Part shown: positions 1 to 9,235 of the stretch, in pieces
Layout of the letters: the number at the start of each line of letters is the position of its first letter
How positions within the stretch are numbered: the first letter of the stretch is position 1
Assembly: GCA_036384495.1 (NCBI GenBank)
Contig: DASVMD010000076.1
Coordinates: 1 to 49,460 of the forward strand
Direction: 5' to 3'
DNA: 49,460 bases
From: Candidatus Saccharimonadales bacterium
GTDB lineage: Bacteria; Patescibacteriota; Saccharimonadia; Saccharimonadales; UBA4665
Translations under genes and position numbers: made by a program
Notes under the pieces: generated by a model
Seen by the model: only the letters and a program-made list of their open reading frames with translations
Database searches by the model: none
What the model was told of the DNA's origin: nothing

Positions 1-75
1 TGACTAAAAGTCGACTTTGAAAGATACTTCGATGTTACAGTACGTCTCCCGAGCGGGAGGGAAGGAATACCACCT

Positions 76-405
76 ATGGCTGACGCCAAAACTCCAGATA
101 CTAAACAGCGAATCCGTATTCGCCTTAAGGCCTACGACCACAAAGTGATCGACCAGGCCGCTAAGCAGATCGTAGACACTGCACTGCGGACCGGCGCTTC
201 TTTGGCCGGCCCGATCCCACTGCCTACTCGACGCAGCACCTTCACCGTCGTGAAGAGCCCGCACGTGTACAAGAAGGGCCGTGAACAGTTTGAAATGCGT
301 GTTCACAAACGCCTTATCGACGTATTCGAGCCAACTCCGAAGACCATCGATTCACTGATGAATCTGTCTCTGCCAGCTGGTTGCGACGTCGAAATCAAGA
401 TGTAA
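76..405 (+). CDS. rpsJ: 30S ribosomal protein S10 (uS10)
   Basis: The 109-aa ORF has canonical S10 sequence (RIRLKAYDH...[36 protein letters not shown]). A GGAGGGAAGGA SD lies upstream. It heads S10-operon synteny. Confidence 0.97.
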   Translation: MADAKTPDTKQRIRIRLKAYDHKVIDQAAKQIVDTALRTGASLAGPIPLPTRRSTFTVVKSPHVYKKGREQFEMRVHKRLIDVFEPTPKTIDSLMNLSLPAGCDVEIKM

Positions 406-417
406 GGGCTCCCTATA

Positions 418-828
418 ATGAGTGCAGCTGAACACATTCCAGAAAGAGGAGTCATCACGTTAGCGCGCAGCAGTGACAACTTACACCTGTTAGTTCACTT
501 TGCGCCGCCAATTGAAGAACAACATCTAAGGACTACTCTAGGACTCGTCAACCCCGCAAGTCGAGACAAGGACAATCCAAGTCTTGTTAAGGCAGCAGTC
601 GCGAGTTTAGTTGATTTCGGTCGAAAAGAGGCACAGCAAGATGAAACCATTCTCGATTTCTTTGGCTCATTTGGCAAAGAGCGCAATTACGATATAAAGA
701 GCGATACCATCCACAGACTAGGCTCGGAGACGGTGCGACAAGCAGGATCTCATCCGACCCTTATGGACGATCCACGAGCAGAAGCTGCCGCTGCCGAAAA
801 GTACAAGAGCATAGACTCGCTAATATAG
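418..828 (+). CDS. hypothetical protein (unassigned ORF inserted between rpsJ and rplC)
   Basis: This 136-aa ORF starts 13 nt after the rpsJ stop, on the same strand as the operon. I recognised no motif or TM segment. Coding status rests on length and context only. Confidence 0.55.
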   Translation: MSAAEHIPERGVITLARSSDNLHLLVHFAPPIEEQHLRTTLGLVNPASRDKDNPSLVKAAVASLVDFGRKEAQQDETILDFFGSFGKERNYDIKSDTIHRLGSETVRQAGSHPTLMDDPRAEAAAAEKYKSIDSLI

Positions 829-1002
829 TAGAATTTGCAACATATTGACAGGAGTAAGACGAACGTGTTACTCTAGTAGCATATCTCAGTAGGACGTGTA
901 CTTGGTTCACGCTAGCAGGTCTACCAGAAACAGGGGTAGAAACCACTCGTAACCAGGTGTTTTTATGTCAAGCTCAGAGACAAAACAAGTAATAAGGAAA
1001 CC

Positions 1003-1617
1003 ATGAAAGCATTAATTACTCGAAAAGTTGGCATGACAAGTACCATCGCAGAAGACGGTACCGTGACTGCTATTACCTTACTTTCTGTCGCTGAGCACAC
1101 TGTTCTCCATCACAAAACCGAAGAAAAAGACGGCTACACCGCCGTACAACTCGGCACCGAAACAGCTAAAAAGCTCTCAAAGAGTGTGGCTGGTCACGTA
1201 AAGAATGCCAAGGTGATGCCTAAGCTCATTCGTGAATTCCGCATTACAGAAATCCCAGAAGAACTCAACGTCGGCGCAAAAATCAATGCCGACGTTTTTA
1301 GTGTTGGCGACGAAGTCAACGTCGTTGGCCTTACAAAAGGTAAAGGTTGGGCTGGTACGATTCGCCGACACAACTTCCACCGACAGCGCAAAACGCACGG
1401 TGCCAAGGGTAACACCCGTAAAGTGGGTTCAATCGGTTCTATGTACCCACAGCACATCTTTAAAGGCACCCGCATGGCCGGCCAGTTGGGTCACGAACAG
1501 ATCACCGTTAAAGGACTTAAGGTTGCTCTGGTCGATACCGAACTCGGCGTCATCGGTGTAACTGGTTCCGTACCTGGTCCACGTAAAGGCGTTATCGTAG
1601 TGAAAGGGGCTAAGTAA
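1003..1617 (+). CDS. rplC: 50S ribosomal protein L3 (uL3)
   Basis: 204 aa with L3 sequence (MKALITRKVGMT...GKGWAGTIRRHNFHRQRKTHG...). An AAGGAA SD lies upstream, and its stop overlaps the rplD start (TAATG). Confidence 0.97.
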   Translation: MKALITRKVGMTSTIAEDGTVTAITLLSVAEHTVLHHKTEEKDGYTAVQLGTETAKKLSKSVAGHVKNAKVMPKLIREFRITEIPEELNVGAKINADVFSVGDEVNVVGLTKGKGWAGTIRRHNFHRQRKTHGAKGNTRKVGSIGSMYPQHIFKGTRMAGQLGHEQITVKGLKVALVDTELGVIGVTGSVPGPRKGVIVVKGAK

Positions 1618-2252
1618 TGGCTACTGCTACGTATACAAAAGCTGGTGCTAAGGCCACTACCGCTGCAAAGCTTGATAAGGCCGTATTCGGCGTTGAAGTT
1701 ACCAATCACGAACTGTTGAAGGCTGCTTATGTCGCTTACATGGCTAATGGCCGTGAAAACCTCGCCGTGGTCAAGACCCGTGGCATGGTTCGTGGTGGTG
1801 GTAAGAAGCCTTGGAAGCAAAAAGGCACTGGTCGTGCACGTTTCGGTTCATCTCGTGTGCCAATCTGGCGCGGCGGTGGTATCACCTTCGGCCCTACCGG
1901 CGAAGAGAATTATTCTAAACAGCTCAACACCAAGGCTAAGCGTCAGGCTATCCGCCAGGCTTTGAGCGTTAACGCCGACAAGATCAAAGTCATCGAAACT
2001 TTTGAATGCAAAGATGGCAAGACTGCCGAGACAGCTAAACTCCTCAAGAAGCTCGGTGCGGAGCGCAATGTTTTGATCGTTGTAAGTGTTAAGGATGCTC
2101 TCGTTGAGCGTGCTACTAACAACCTACAGAACGTTAAAGCTATTCACGCTGACTACATCAATGTATATGACGTACTGAACGCCGACACCATTATTTTCAG
2201 CCAAAAAGCTCTAGCAGCAGTTACTGAACGCTTAAGCAAGGAGGCTAAGTAA
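1617..2252 (+). CDS. rplD: 50S ribosomal protein L4 (uL4)
   Basis: 211 aa with the motif KTRGMVRGGGKKPWKQKGTGRARFGSSRVPIWRGGG typical of L4. Position is between rplC and rplW. Confidence 0.95.
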   Translation: MATATYTKAGAKATTAAKLDKAVFGVEVTNHELLKAAYVAYMANGRENLAVVKTRGMVRGGGKKPWKQKGTGRARFGSSRVPIWRGGGITFGPTGEENYSKQLNTKAKRQAIRQALSVNADKIKVIETFECKDGKTAETAKLLKKLGAERNVLIVVSVKDALVERATNNLQNVKAIHADYINVYDVLNADTIIFSQKALAAVTERLSKEAK

Positions 2253-2677
2253 TGTCTAAATCACTTACTCTGCGACCTCGCCTCAGCGAGAAGACCTATG
2301 GCCTCAGCGCAGCTCGCGTGTATGTCGTGGAAGTTCCGGCTTCTGCTAATAAGCACACCGTTGCTCGTGCTATCGAAGCTCAGTTCGAAGTTAAGGTCGC
2401 TAAAGTCAACATTACCAACATCACCGGTAAGGCAAAGCGCACTATCAGTATCACTGGCAAGCGCATGGTCAACTCCAATGGCAAGCGCAGCGATATCAAG
2501 AAAGCCTATGTAACTCTGGCCGAAGGTAATAGTCTGCCATTCTTCGCAGCAATCGAAGAAGAAGAGCAGTCTGAGCAAAAAGCTCAAGAGCAATTCGACA
2601 AAGTTGCCGAAAAACAAGCAGCTAAAGAAGCCAAGCCACGCCGCGGTCTCCGCAAAAAGAAGGAAGAGGATAAGTAG
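2252..2677 (+). CDS. rplW: 50S ribosomal protein L23 (uL23) with E/K/A-rich C-terminal tail
   Basis: 141 aa. The N-terminal ~100 aa are L23-like and synteny is rplD-rplW-rplB. The C-terminal tail reads EEEEQSEQKAQEQFDKVAEKQAAKEAKPRRGLRKKKEEDK. Confidence 0.92.
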   Translation: MSKSLTLRPRLSEKTYGLSAARVYVVEVPASANKHTVARAIEAQFEVKVAKVNITNITGKAKRTISITGKRMVNSNGKRSDIKKAYVTLAEGNSLPFFAAIEEEEQSEQKAQEQFDKVAEKQAAKEAKPRRGLRKKKEEDK

Positions 2678-2679
2678 TC

Positions 2680-3516
2680 ATGGCCATTAAGCAATACAAT
2701 CCAACCACTCCCGGCCGCCGTGGCATGACCAGCCAGGACTTCGATGGTATCACTACCAAGAAGCCTCTGCGTTCGCTCTTAGTTGCTAAGCGACGCGGTA
2801 ATGGTCGCAACAACCAAGGTCGCATTACGACTCGCCACAAAGGCGGCGGTGCCAAGAAGTTTTACCGCATCGTCAACTTCAAGCTGGCTGACGGCGTAAC
2901 GGCTACTATCGAGCACATCGAATACGATCCAAACCGTAGCGCCCGCATCGCCCGCATCAAAGAAGATAACGGTACATACCACTACATCTTGGCTGCTCAG
3001 GGCATGACTGTCGGCCAAAAAATCACGAGCGGCGAAGAAGCTTCTATCGAAACTGGTAATCGTTTACCACTCAAGAACATCCCAATCGGCTCAACCATCC
3101 ACGCTATCGAACTCAAAGTCGGTGGCGGCGCACAAATGGTTCGCAGCGCCGGCAACAGCGCGCAACTCATGGGCCGCGACAACGGTTACGCTCAGGTTCG
3201 CTTGCCATCCGGCGAAGTTCGCCTGATTAACGAAAATTGCACCGCTTCTATGGGTGTGATCGGCAACGAACAGCACCAGAACATCAAGATCGGTAAAGCT
3301 GGTCGTAACCGCCACAAGGGTAAGCGCCCAAGTGTTCGTGGTGTTGTTATGAACGCAGTTGATCACCCGCACGGTGGTGGTGACGGTGGTCGTCACGCTT
3401 CCGGCCGTGCTCCAGTTACGCCTTGGGGTCAGAAGACCCTCGGCTTTAAGACTCGACGCCGCAAGAGCACCAACCAGTTCATCGTCCGTTCACGTCACCA
3501 AGGAAAGAGGAAGTAA
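2680..3516 (+). CDS. rplB: 50S ribosomal protein L2 (uL2)
   Basis: 278 aa with L2 hallmarks (...GRNNQGRITTRHKGGG..., ...MNAVDHPHGGGDGG...). Confidence 0.98.
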   Translation: MAIKQYNPTTPGRRGMTSQDFDGITTKKPLRSLLVAKRRGNGRNNQGRITTRHKGGGAKKFYRIVNFKLADGVTATIEHIEYDPNRSARIARIKEDNGTYHYILAAQGMTVGQKITSGEEASIETGNRLPLKNIPIGSTIHAIELKVGGGAQMVRSAGNSAQLMGRDNGYAQVRLPSGEVRLINENCTASMGVIGNEQHQNIKIGKAGRNRHKGKRPSVRGVVMNAVDHPHGGGDGGRHASGRAPVTPWGQKTLGFKTRRRKSTNQFIVRSRHQGKRK

Positions 3517-3518
3517 TT

Positions 3519-3848
3519 ATGATTGAGTTTAAGAACTTCCCCCCTCAAGTATCTGGTGATGCAATCTGGTCTGAGCGCGGAAAGCAAACTATTGATAGCC
3601 TTGTCGAAGCCTACAACAGTAATAGTAGCGATAGAGAAAGAGTCGAATCGCTAACTGCAGTAATTACAGACACTGTTATGAACGTGGTTGTTGATAACGT
3701 ACCGGATCGAGATCTGCCAAGCGCGCTTGGAGTCATTAACGGCCTGTTGCAGACCATGAATGTGCCACCAAGAATGGCTCAAGAAATGACCATGACCGCT
3801 TATGCGGCTTTACCTCGAGAAGTAATCAGTCAAGGAGATGTGCTATGA
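3519..3848 (+). CDS. hypothetical acidic protein (unassigned ORF inserted between rplB and rpsS)
   Basis: This 109-aa ORF has its ATG 3 nt after the rplB TAA, with AGAGGAAG as SD. Its TGA overlaps the rpsS ATG (ATGA at 3845-3848). The rpsS SD (AAGGAG, 3832-3837) lies inside it. Confidence 0.65.
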   Translation: MIEFKNFPPQVSGDAIWSERGKQTIDSLVEAYNSNSSDRERVESLTAVITDTVMNVVVDNVPDRDLPSALGVINGLLQTMNVPPRMAQEMTMTAYAALPREVISQGDVL

Positions 3849-4117
3849 GTCGTTCACTAAAAAAAGGTCCATTTATCGACTTTAAGCTTGCCAAGAAGGT
3901 TACAGCGCTTGGCGATAATGACCGCACCATTGTGAAAACATGGGCTCGCTCAAGCACTATCTCACCTGAATTTGTTGGCAAGACCATCGCCGTGCACAAC
4001 GGCAAAGTCCACGTTCCTGTATTTGTTACCGAAAACATGGTCGGTCACAAGCTCGGCGAGTTTGCGCCAACCCGTAAATTCCGCTCGCATGGCGGTAAGT
4101 TAGCGAAGGGCAAATAA
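3845..4117 (+). CDS. rpsS: 30S ribosomal protein S19 (uS19)
   Basis: 90 aa with canonical S19 sequence ([12 protein letters not shown]...[46 protein letters not shown]). Confidence 0.97.
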   Translation: MSRSLKKGPFIDFKLAKKVTALGDNDRTIVKTWARSSTISPEFVGKTIAVHNGKVHVPVFVTENMVGHKLGEFAPTRKFRSHGGKLAKGK

Positions 4118-4118
4118 G

Positions 4119-4514
4119 ATGGCAGTTAAAGCAATCGCTAAAGGTGTTCAGTTGAGCCCACGCAAAGTTGCTGTGGTAGCTGCGCTGGTTCGTGGCCGTA
4201 GCGTCGAAGACGCGCTGACCATTCTGGAGCATACGCCTCGTCGCAGCGCCCTCGCTGTTAAGAAAGCAATCATGAGCGCCAAGGCTAACGCCGACCACAA
4301 CCACAACTACAAGCCTACAACCCTGCAGATCACCGAAATTTCTGTCACTGCCGGTCCGCGCATCAAGCGTTACCGCCCTGCATCGCACGGTCGTGCATTA
4401 CCATTCCAGAAGAAATCATCCCATATTCGCGTTGTTGTCGACGGCGAATTACGTGAAGCTAAAAAACCAGCTGCCAAAGCAGCCAGCAAAGTAACTGAGA
4501 AGGAGGCCAAGTAA
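4119..4514 (+). CDS. rplV: 50S ribosomal protein L22 (uL22)
   Basis: 131 aa with an L22-like core (LSPRKVAVVAALVRGRSVEDALTILEHTPRR...) and a K/A-rich tail. Synteny is rpsS-rplV-rpsC. Confidence 0.95.
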   Translation: MAVKAIAKGVQLSPRKVAVVAALVRGRSVEDALTILEHTPRRSALAVKKAIMSAKANADHNHNYKPTTLQITEISVTAGPRIKRYRPASHGRALPFQKKSSHIRVVVDGELREAKKPAAKAASKVTEKEAK

Positions 4515-5143
4515 TGGGTCAAAAAGTAAATCCTATCAGCATGCGCCTCCAGGTCAATAAGGACTGGCGCAGCAAGTGGTTCGTAGATAAGCGTGACTAC
4601 GCCAAGTATCTTAAAGACGATCTCGAAGTCCGCCGCTTAATCTCTAAAAAGCTTGGGAGCCGAGCTGCAATCAACAAAGTTGAGATTGCTCGCACGCCTA
4701 ACCTCGTAACCGTTACGATTGCTACCGCGAAAGCCGGTGTTGTTATCGGTCGCGGTGGCGCAAGCGCCGCTGAACTTAAAGAAGCTATCGAAAAGATCTA
4801 CGGCGTTCCAACCCGTGTAAACATCGAAGAAGTTAAGAAGCCCGATTTGTACGCTAAACTGGTTGCCGAGAACATCGCCCACCAGCTTGAGCGTCGCATG
4901 AGCTTCCGCCGGGCAATCAAATCTACTGCAGCCGCAACCATGCGTGCTGGCGCCCAAGGTATTCGTATTGAAGTTGCCGGTCGTTTGAACGGTGCAGAAA
5001 TGAGCCGCCGCGAAAAAGAAGTTCAAGGTTCTGTACCACTGCACACGCTTCGCGCCGACATCGATTACGCACAAGTAAATGCCCAAACTGTCGCCGGTAT
5101 CATCGGTGTTAAGGTGTGGATTTATAAGGGAGAGGTTCAGTAA
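4514..5143 (+). CDS. rpsC: 30S ribosomal protein S3 (uS3)
   Basis: 209 aa with S3 sequence ([12 protein letters not shown]...KH domain...[31 protein letters not shown]). Confidence 0.97.
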   Translation: MGQKVNPISMRLQVNKDWRSKWFVDKRDYAKYLKDDLEVRRLISKKLGSRAAINKVEIARTPNLVTVTIATAKAGVVIGRGGASAAELKEAIEKIYGVPTRVNIEEVKKPDLYAKLVAENIAHQLERRMSFRRAIKSTAAATMRAGAQGIRIEVAGRLNGAEMSRREKEVQGSVPLHTLRADIDYAQVNAQTVAGIIGVKVWIYKGEVQ

Positions 5144-5144
5144 C

Positions 5145-5558
5145 ATGTTAATGCCTAATCGAACCAAGTACCGCAAGGTACGGAAAGGCCGCATCCGCGG
5201 TGTCGCAACCAGCGGACACTACATCGCTTTTGGTGACTTTGCGTTGCAAGCTCAAGGCCAAGAACGCATTACTTCTCGACAGATCGAGGCTGCTCGTCAG
5301 GCTATGACCCGCTATATCAAGCGTGGCGGTAAGATCTGGATCCGCATTTTCCCTCACACTCCTGTGACTCGTAAGCCCCAGGACGTTAAGATGGGTAGCG
5401 GTAAAGGTAGCCCTGAATTCTTCGTTGCTAAGGTTCGCCCTGGTACCATCTTGTTTGAAATGCAGGGTGTTAGCGAAGAAGTCGCTCGCGAAGCTATGCG
5501 TCTTGCGGCTCACAAGCTACCTGTTAAGACCAAGTTCTTGGTTCGGGAGGAGGCGTAA
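5145..5558 (+). CDS. rplP: 50S ribosomal protein L16 (uL16)
   Basis: I chose the internal ATG at 5145 ([16 protein letters not shown]...), 2 nt after the rpsC stop. The longer track ORF starting at 5079 overlaps rpsC. L16 motifs are present throughout. Confidence 0.95.
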   Translation: MLMPNRTKYRKVRKGRIRGVATSGHYIAFGDFALQAQGQERITSRQIEAARQAMTRYIKRGGKIWIRIFPHTPVTRKPQDVKMGSGKGSPEFFVAKVRPGTILFEMQGVSEEVAREAMRLAAHKLPVKTKFLVREEA

Positions 5559-5561
5559 GTT

Positions 5562-5762
5562 ATGAAAGTCGCTGAAATCCGCAAACTATCAACCACCGAA
5601 CTCGCAACCGAGAGCACTAAGCTCCGTGAAGAAATCGCTGAACTAAAACGCCGTTTGCATATGGGTGAAATCCAAAACGTCCGTGTCATTCGACACAAGC
5701 GCAAAGATTTGGCTCGCATGTTGACCGTGCTCGGCGAAGCACTCGTAAAGGAGGCCAAGTAA
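5562..5762 (+). CDS. rpmC: 50S ribosomal protein L29 (uL29)
   Basis: 66 aa with an L29-like sequence (MKVAEIRKLSTTELATESTKLREEIAELKRRLHMG). Position is between rplP and rpsQ. Confidence 0.9.
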   Translation: MKVAEIRKLSTTELATESTKLREEIAELKRRLHMGEIQNVRVIRHKRKDLARMLTVLGEALVKEAK

Positions 5763-6109
5763 TGGCTAAAACAATTATAGGCATTGTGACCTCAAATAAG
5801 ACTGACAAAACTATCGTTGTGACCGTACAAGAGCGCAAGACGCACCCGTTGTACCGCAAACAGTACACCACCACCAAGAAGTTCATGGCACACGACGAAA
5901 AGAACGAAGCGCAGCCAGGCGACAAGGTTTCTATCGTAGAAACCCGTCCAATCAGCGCTCGCAAGCGATTCAAGCTTGCCGAAATCATCGAAAAGCCTGT
6001 ACTTCGTGAAGACACTTTGTCAATCACCAAGGCTGATGACGACGCTGGCAAGAAGGCTTCCAAAGCCAAGACTGCCGCTGAAGAAGCTGCAGAAGAGGAG
6101 AAGGCGTAA
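5762..6109 (+). CDS. rpsQ: 30S ribosomal protein S17 (uS17) with A/E/K-rich C-terminal tail
   Basis: 115 aa with an S17 core ([40 protein letters not shown]...) followed by an acidic/lysine tail. Confidence 0.93.
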   Translation: MAKTIIGIVTSNKTDKTIVVTVQERKTHPLYRKQYTTTKKFMAHDEKNEAQPGDKVSIVETRPISARKRFKLAEIIEKPVLREDTLSITKADDDAGKKASKAKTAAEEAAEEEKA

Positions 6110-6477
6110 TGATCCAACAAGAATCACGTCTGATCGTCTGCGATAACAGCGGCGCCAAGGAAATCCTGTGCATTCGTGTACTGGGTGGTAGCCGCAAACG
6201 CTACGCTAACGTCGGTGACACCATTGTGGCTACTGTAAAGCAAGCCGCTCCAAACGGCACCGTTAAGAAGAAGTCAGTGGTCCGCGCAGTCGTTGTTCGT
6301 ACTCGTAACACTATTCGCCGCAAAGATGGTTCAACCATCAAATTTGACGATAACGCCGCCGTAATTATCGGCGATGACAAACAACCACGCGCAACTCGTA
6401 TCTTTGGCCCAGTTCCTCGTGAACTCCGCGACCAGGGCTACGCTAAAATCGTTTCACTCGCGCCGGAGGTATTGTAA
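6109..6477 (+). CDS. rplN: 50S ribosomal protein L14 (uL14)
   Basis: 122 aa with canonical L14 sequence ([28 protein letters not shown]...). Confidence 0.97.
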   Translation: MIQQESRLIVCDNSGAKEILCIRVLGGSRKRYANVGDTIVATVKQAAPNGTVKKKSVVRAVVVRTRNTIRRKDGSTIKFDDNAAVIIGDDKQPRATRIFGPVPRELRDQGYAKIVSLAPEVL

Positions 6478-6827
6478 TGAGTAAGCAACCTACCACCCCA
6501 ACCAAGATCTTCAAGATCCGCCTCAAAAAGGGCGATACCGTTGTCGTTCGTGCCGGCAAAGATGCTGGCAAAACCGGCAAAGTTACCGCTGTTCATCCTA
6601 AAGAGAACAAAGTAACTGTTGAAGGCATTAACGTCGTTAAGAAGCACGTTAAGCCAAACCAGCAGAACCCACAAGGCGCTATTGTTGAACTGACCAAGCC
6701 TGTTTGGGTAAGCAAAGTAAGTATTGTTGAGCCAACCAGCAAAAAGCCTAGCCGTATCGGCTTCAAGCTTAACGCTGATGGCACCAAGACTCGTGTATTT
6801 AAGAAAACTGGAAAGGAGATCAAGTAA
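6477..6827 (+). CDS. rplX: 50S ribosomal protein L24 (uL24)
   Basis: 116 aa with the KOW motif region (KIRLKKGDTVVVRAGKDAGKTGKV). Synteny is rplN-rplX-rplE. Confidence 0.93.
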   Translation: MSKQPTTPTKIFKIRLKKGDTVVVRAGKDAGKTGKVTAVHPKENKVTVEGINVVKKHVKPNQQNPQGAIVELTKPVWVSKVSIVEPTSKKPSRIGFKLNADGTKTRVFKKTGKEIK

Positions 6828-7435
6828 TGGCTACTGCAACCGAAAAGAAGCCCGCTGCTAAGGCTGCTGTCAAGCAAGTCGGTACTGCTGCTCGTCTCCG
6901 CGTCCAGTACAATGACACCATTTCCAAAGAGCTCATGAAGGAGCTTGAACTGAAGAACGTACATCAGCTTCCACGCCTCGAAAAGATCATCGTAAACGTC
7001 GGTCTTGGTCGCGCTAAAGATGACAAGAAGATTATGGAAGTGGCTACCAACACCGTCACTAAGATCACTGGCCAAAAGCCAGTCGAAACCGTTGCTAAAA
7101 ACTCTATCGCCGGCTTCAAGCTGCGCGAAGGTAACAAAGTTGGCCTCAAAGTAACACTTCGTGGCGACAAAATGTACGAATTCATGGACCGCGTTATTTC
7201 TATCGTATTGCCTCGCCTCCGTGACTTCCACGGTGTATCTGCCAAAGCTTTTGACAAGCAGGGTAACTACAGCCTCGGCTTCACCGATCAATCTGTCTTC
7301 CCAGAATTAACTTTTGAAGAAACAACCAATGTGCACGGCCTGCAAGTCGTGTTCGTAATTAATGCCCACGAAAAGGCGCATTCTAGAGCTCTCCTCGAGA
7401 AATTTGGCATGCCCTTCGAGAAGGAGAACAAGTAA
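6827..7435 (+). CDS. rplE: 50S ribosomal protein L5 (uL5)
   Basis: 202 aa with an L5 core (...KIIVNVGLGRA...FKLREGNKVGLKVTLRGDKMYEFMDR...LPRLRDFHG) and a short K/A-rich N-terminal extension. Confidence 0.96.
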   Translation: MATATEKKPAAKAAVKQVGTAARLRVQYNDTISKELMKELELKNVHQLPRLEKIIVNVGLGRAKDDKKIMEVATNTVTKITGQKPVETVAKNSIAGFKLREGNKVGLKVTLRGDKMYEFMDRVISIVLPRLRDFHGVSAKAFDKQGNYSLGFTDQSVFPELTFEETTNVHGLQVVFVINAHEKAHSRALLEKFGMPFEKENK

Positions 7436-7635
7436 TGGAAACTATCCGCAACGAAGCTGCGCAGACACTAGAAGCGCACATTAAAGCCCAGAGGATCACT
7501 GCTGCAGAAATTGCACTTGAGCGCACAGAGCAGATTGATCAAATAGAACCTTCAAGCGTACGAGTCGTCGCTGCAGGCATTGCTAAGCGCCGGCAAAGCG
7601 CATCCCAAGGATTAACGGAAGTGGGAGAAGCATAG
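7435..7635 (+). CDS. hypothetical protein (unassigned small ORF inserted between rplE and rpsN)
   Basis: This 66-aa ORF has its ATG overlapping the rplE TAA (TAATG), with an AAGGAG SD in the rplE 3' end. Its TAG lies 1 nt before the rpsN ATG. Confidence 0.55.
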   Translation: METIRNEAAQTLEAHIKAQRITAAEIALERTEQIDQIEPSSVRVVAAGIAKRRQSASQGLTEVGEA

Positions 7636-7636
7636 T

Positions 7637-7906
7637 ATGGCACGAAAATCGAATATTGCCCGCGATAAAAAGCGTCTCGCCATGATCGAGAAGTACGCCG
7701 CTAAGCGTGCTGAACTCAAGGAGCTTGGCGACCTGGAAGGCTTGGCTAATTTGCCTCGCAACTCTAGCCCTACTCGTCGCACAAACCGATGCGTTGAAAC
7801 CGGCCGACCACGCGCCTACATGCGCCAATTTGGCCTGAGCCGTATTAGCTTCCGCGAACACGCAAGCAAGGGCGAAATCCCTGGAATAACGAAAGCCAGC
7901 TGGTAG
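7637..7906 (+). CDS. rpsN: 30S ribosomal protein S14 (uS14), long non-zinc (C-) type
   Basis: 89 aa ending ...[39 protein letters not shown]. There are no CxxC pairs. Confidence 0.95.
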   Translation: MARKSNIARDKKRLAMIEKYAAKRAELKELGDLEGLANLPRNSSPTRRTNRCVETGRPRAYMRQFGLSRISFREHASKGEIPGITKASW

Positions 7907-7913
7907 GAACAAT

Positions 7914-8315
7914 ATGAGTAAAACGACAACCGACCCAATCGCAGACATGCTAACCCGCATTCGTAATGCCATCGCAGTACGAAAGAACGAGGTTAGCCTG
8001 CCGCACAGTAACATCAAAGAAAACGTTGCTCGCCTTCTAAAAGACAGCAACTTTATCGATGGTGTTTCTGTTGCAGACGCACCTGTTGGCAAAACCCTCG
8101 TTGTTAGAATCAACGACGAAAATGCCAACGCCCGCATTACCGAAATCGTACGCCTCAGCAAGCCGGGCCGACGCTACTACGTTAACTCCAAGGAAATCCC
8201 TGTAGTGAAGCGTGGTCGCGGTATCATCATCGTTTCAACCAGCAAAGGTTTGATGACTGGTGATAAGGCCAAAGCCGAGCACATTGGCGGCGAATTAATT
8301 TGTAAAGTTTATTAG
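7914..8315 (+). CDS. rpsH: 30S ribosomal protein S8 (uS8)
   Basis: 133 aa with S8 sequence (DPIADMLTRIRNA...GIIIVSTSKGLMT...GGELICKVY). Confidence 0.96.
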   Translation: MSKTTTDPIADMLTRIRNAIAVRKNEVSLPHSNIKENVARLLKDSNFIDGVSVADAPVGKTLVVRINDENANARITEIVRLSKPGRRYYVNSKEIPVVKRGRGIIIVSTSKGLMTGDKAKAEHIGGELICKVY

Positions 8316-8335
8316 GAAGAGAAGGAAATAAGAGT

Positions 8336-8875
8336 ATGAGTCGAGTAGGAAAACTGCCGATCGCCATCCCGAGCGGTGTGACAATCACTGTCGACGACTC
8401 CGAAATTACCGTAGCCGGTAGCAAGGGAACCCTCAAACAGTTCACCATGCCAGGCATCACGGTAAAGCAGGAAGGCGACGAAATCATTGTTACCCGCGCG
8501 AATGACGAACCTAAAATCCGTGCCAAGCACGGTCTAATGCGCGCATTAGTTAACAATATGGTCGTTGGAGTCAGTCAGGGCTTTAGCAAGAAGCTGGAAA
8601 TCAACGGTGTTGGTTTCCGTGTTGCTCAGCAAGGCACCGACCTCAAGCTCAACCTCGGCTTCTCGCACGATGTTATTTACAAAGTGCCAGCCGGCGTTAC
8701 GACTACTATCGAACAAAACACCATCACTGTCAGCGGCATTAGTCGCCAGCAAGTTGGTCAGGTTGCCGCCGAAATCCGTGCACTCAAGAAGCCAGAACCC
8801 TACAAGGGCAAGGGCATCAAGTACGAAGGCGAGCGCATCCTCCGCAAGTCCGGTAAGAGTGGTAAGGATAAATAA
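8336..8875 (+). CDS. rplF: 50S ribosomal protein L6 (uL6)
   Basis: 179 aa with L6 sequence (MSRVGKLPIAIPSGVTI...PEPYKGKGIKYEGE). Confidence 0.96.
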   Translation: MSRVGKLPIAIPSGVTITVDDSEITVAGSKGTLKQFTMPGITVKQEGDEIIVTRANDEPKIRAKHGLMRALVNNMVVGVSQGFSKKLEINGVGFRVAQQGTDLKLNLGFSHDVIYKVPAGVTTTIEQNTITVSGISRQQVGQVAAEIRALKKPEPYKGKGIKYEGERILRKSGKSGKDK

Positions 8876-8877
8876 TC

Positions 8878-9234
8878 ATGAATAAATTAGCACACAAATT
8901 ACACAATCGCGTTCATCGCAAAGCTCGTATCCGCTCCGTTGTGAGTGGTACTGCTGAGCGACCTCGTTTAAGCGTCCACATCAGCAACTTGCACGTCAGC
9001 GCACAGCTCATTAACGACGTGGACCACAAAACTATTGCCCACGTTTCCACGATTGGCAAAAAGACCGTTAAGGGTACTATGACCGAAAAAGCTGCTTGGG
9101 TCGGCACCGAAATCGCCGCTCAGGCCAAGACCGCTAAAGTAAAAGCAGTCGTATTTGATCGCAATGGCAAGCTCTACCACGGCCGAGTTGCCGCACTGGC
9201 AGATGCCGCACGTAACGCAGGACTGGAGTTCTAA
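8878..9234 (+). CDS. rplR: 50S ribosomal protein L18 (uL18)
   Basis: 118 aa with L18 sequence (...RPRLSVHISNLHVSAQLIND...VVFDRNGKLYHGRVAALADAARNAGLEF). Confidence 0.94.
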   Translation: MNKLAHKLHNRVHRKARIRSVVSGTAERPRLSVHISNLHVSAQLINDVDHKTIAHVSTIGKKTVKGTMTEKAAWVGTEIAAQAKTAKVKAVVFDRNGKLYHGRVAALADAARNAGLEF

Positions 9235-9235
9235 T

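Noticed and set aside
41-62. Small hairpin CTCCC-GAGC-GGGAG upstream of rpsJ, as a possible S10-leader regulatory element.
   Set aside because: It has only 5 bp, overlaps the purine-rich SD region where such complementarity arises easily, and the upstream context is cut off by the window edge.
5079-5144. N-terminally extended starts given by the ORF track for rplP (5079), rpsE (9155), secE (36616), rplA (38963), the P-loop kinase (32296), the HTH protein (23166), tmk-thyX (41541) and the membrane protein (47209).
   Set aside because: The extensions overlap the preceding gene or tRNA, lack an SD and are not part of the conserved protein. Internal ATGs with proper SD or junction spacing match ortholog N-termini.
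6593-7291. Long antisense ORFs inside r-protein genes. Examples are 6593-7291 (232 aa), 14489-15127 (212 aa), 7583-8161 (192 aa), 4637-5194 (185 aa), 36927-37457 (176 aa) and 38905-39393 (162 aa).
   Set aside because: Each lies entirely opposite a confidently identified, highly conserved gene. They have odd composition (Ser/Arg/Cys/Ala-rich), no SD and no recognisable motif. These are typical shadow ORFs of moderately GC-balanced coding DNA.
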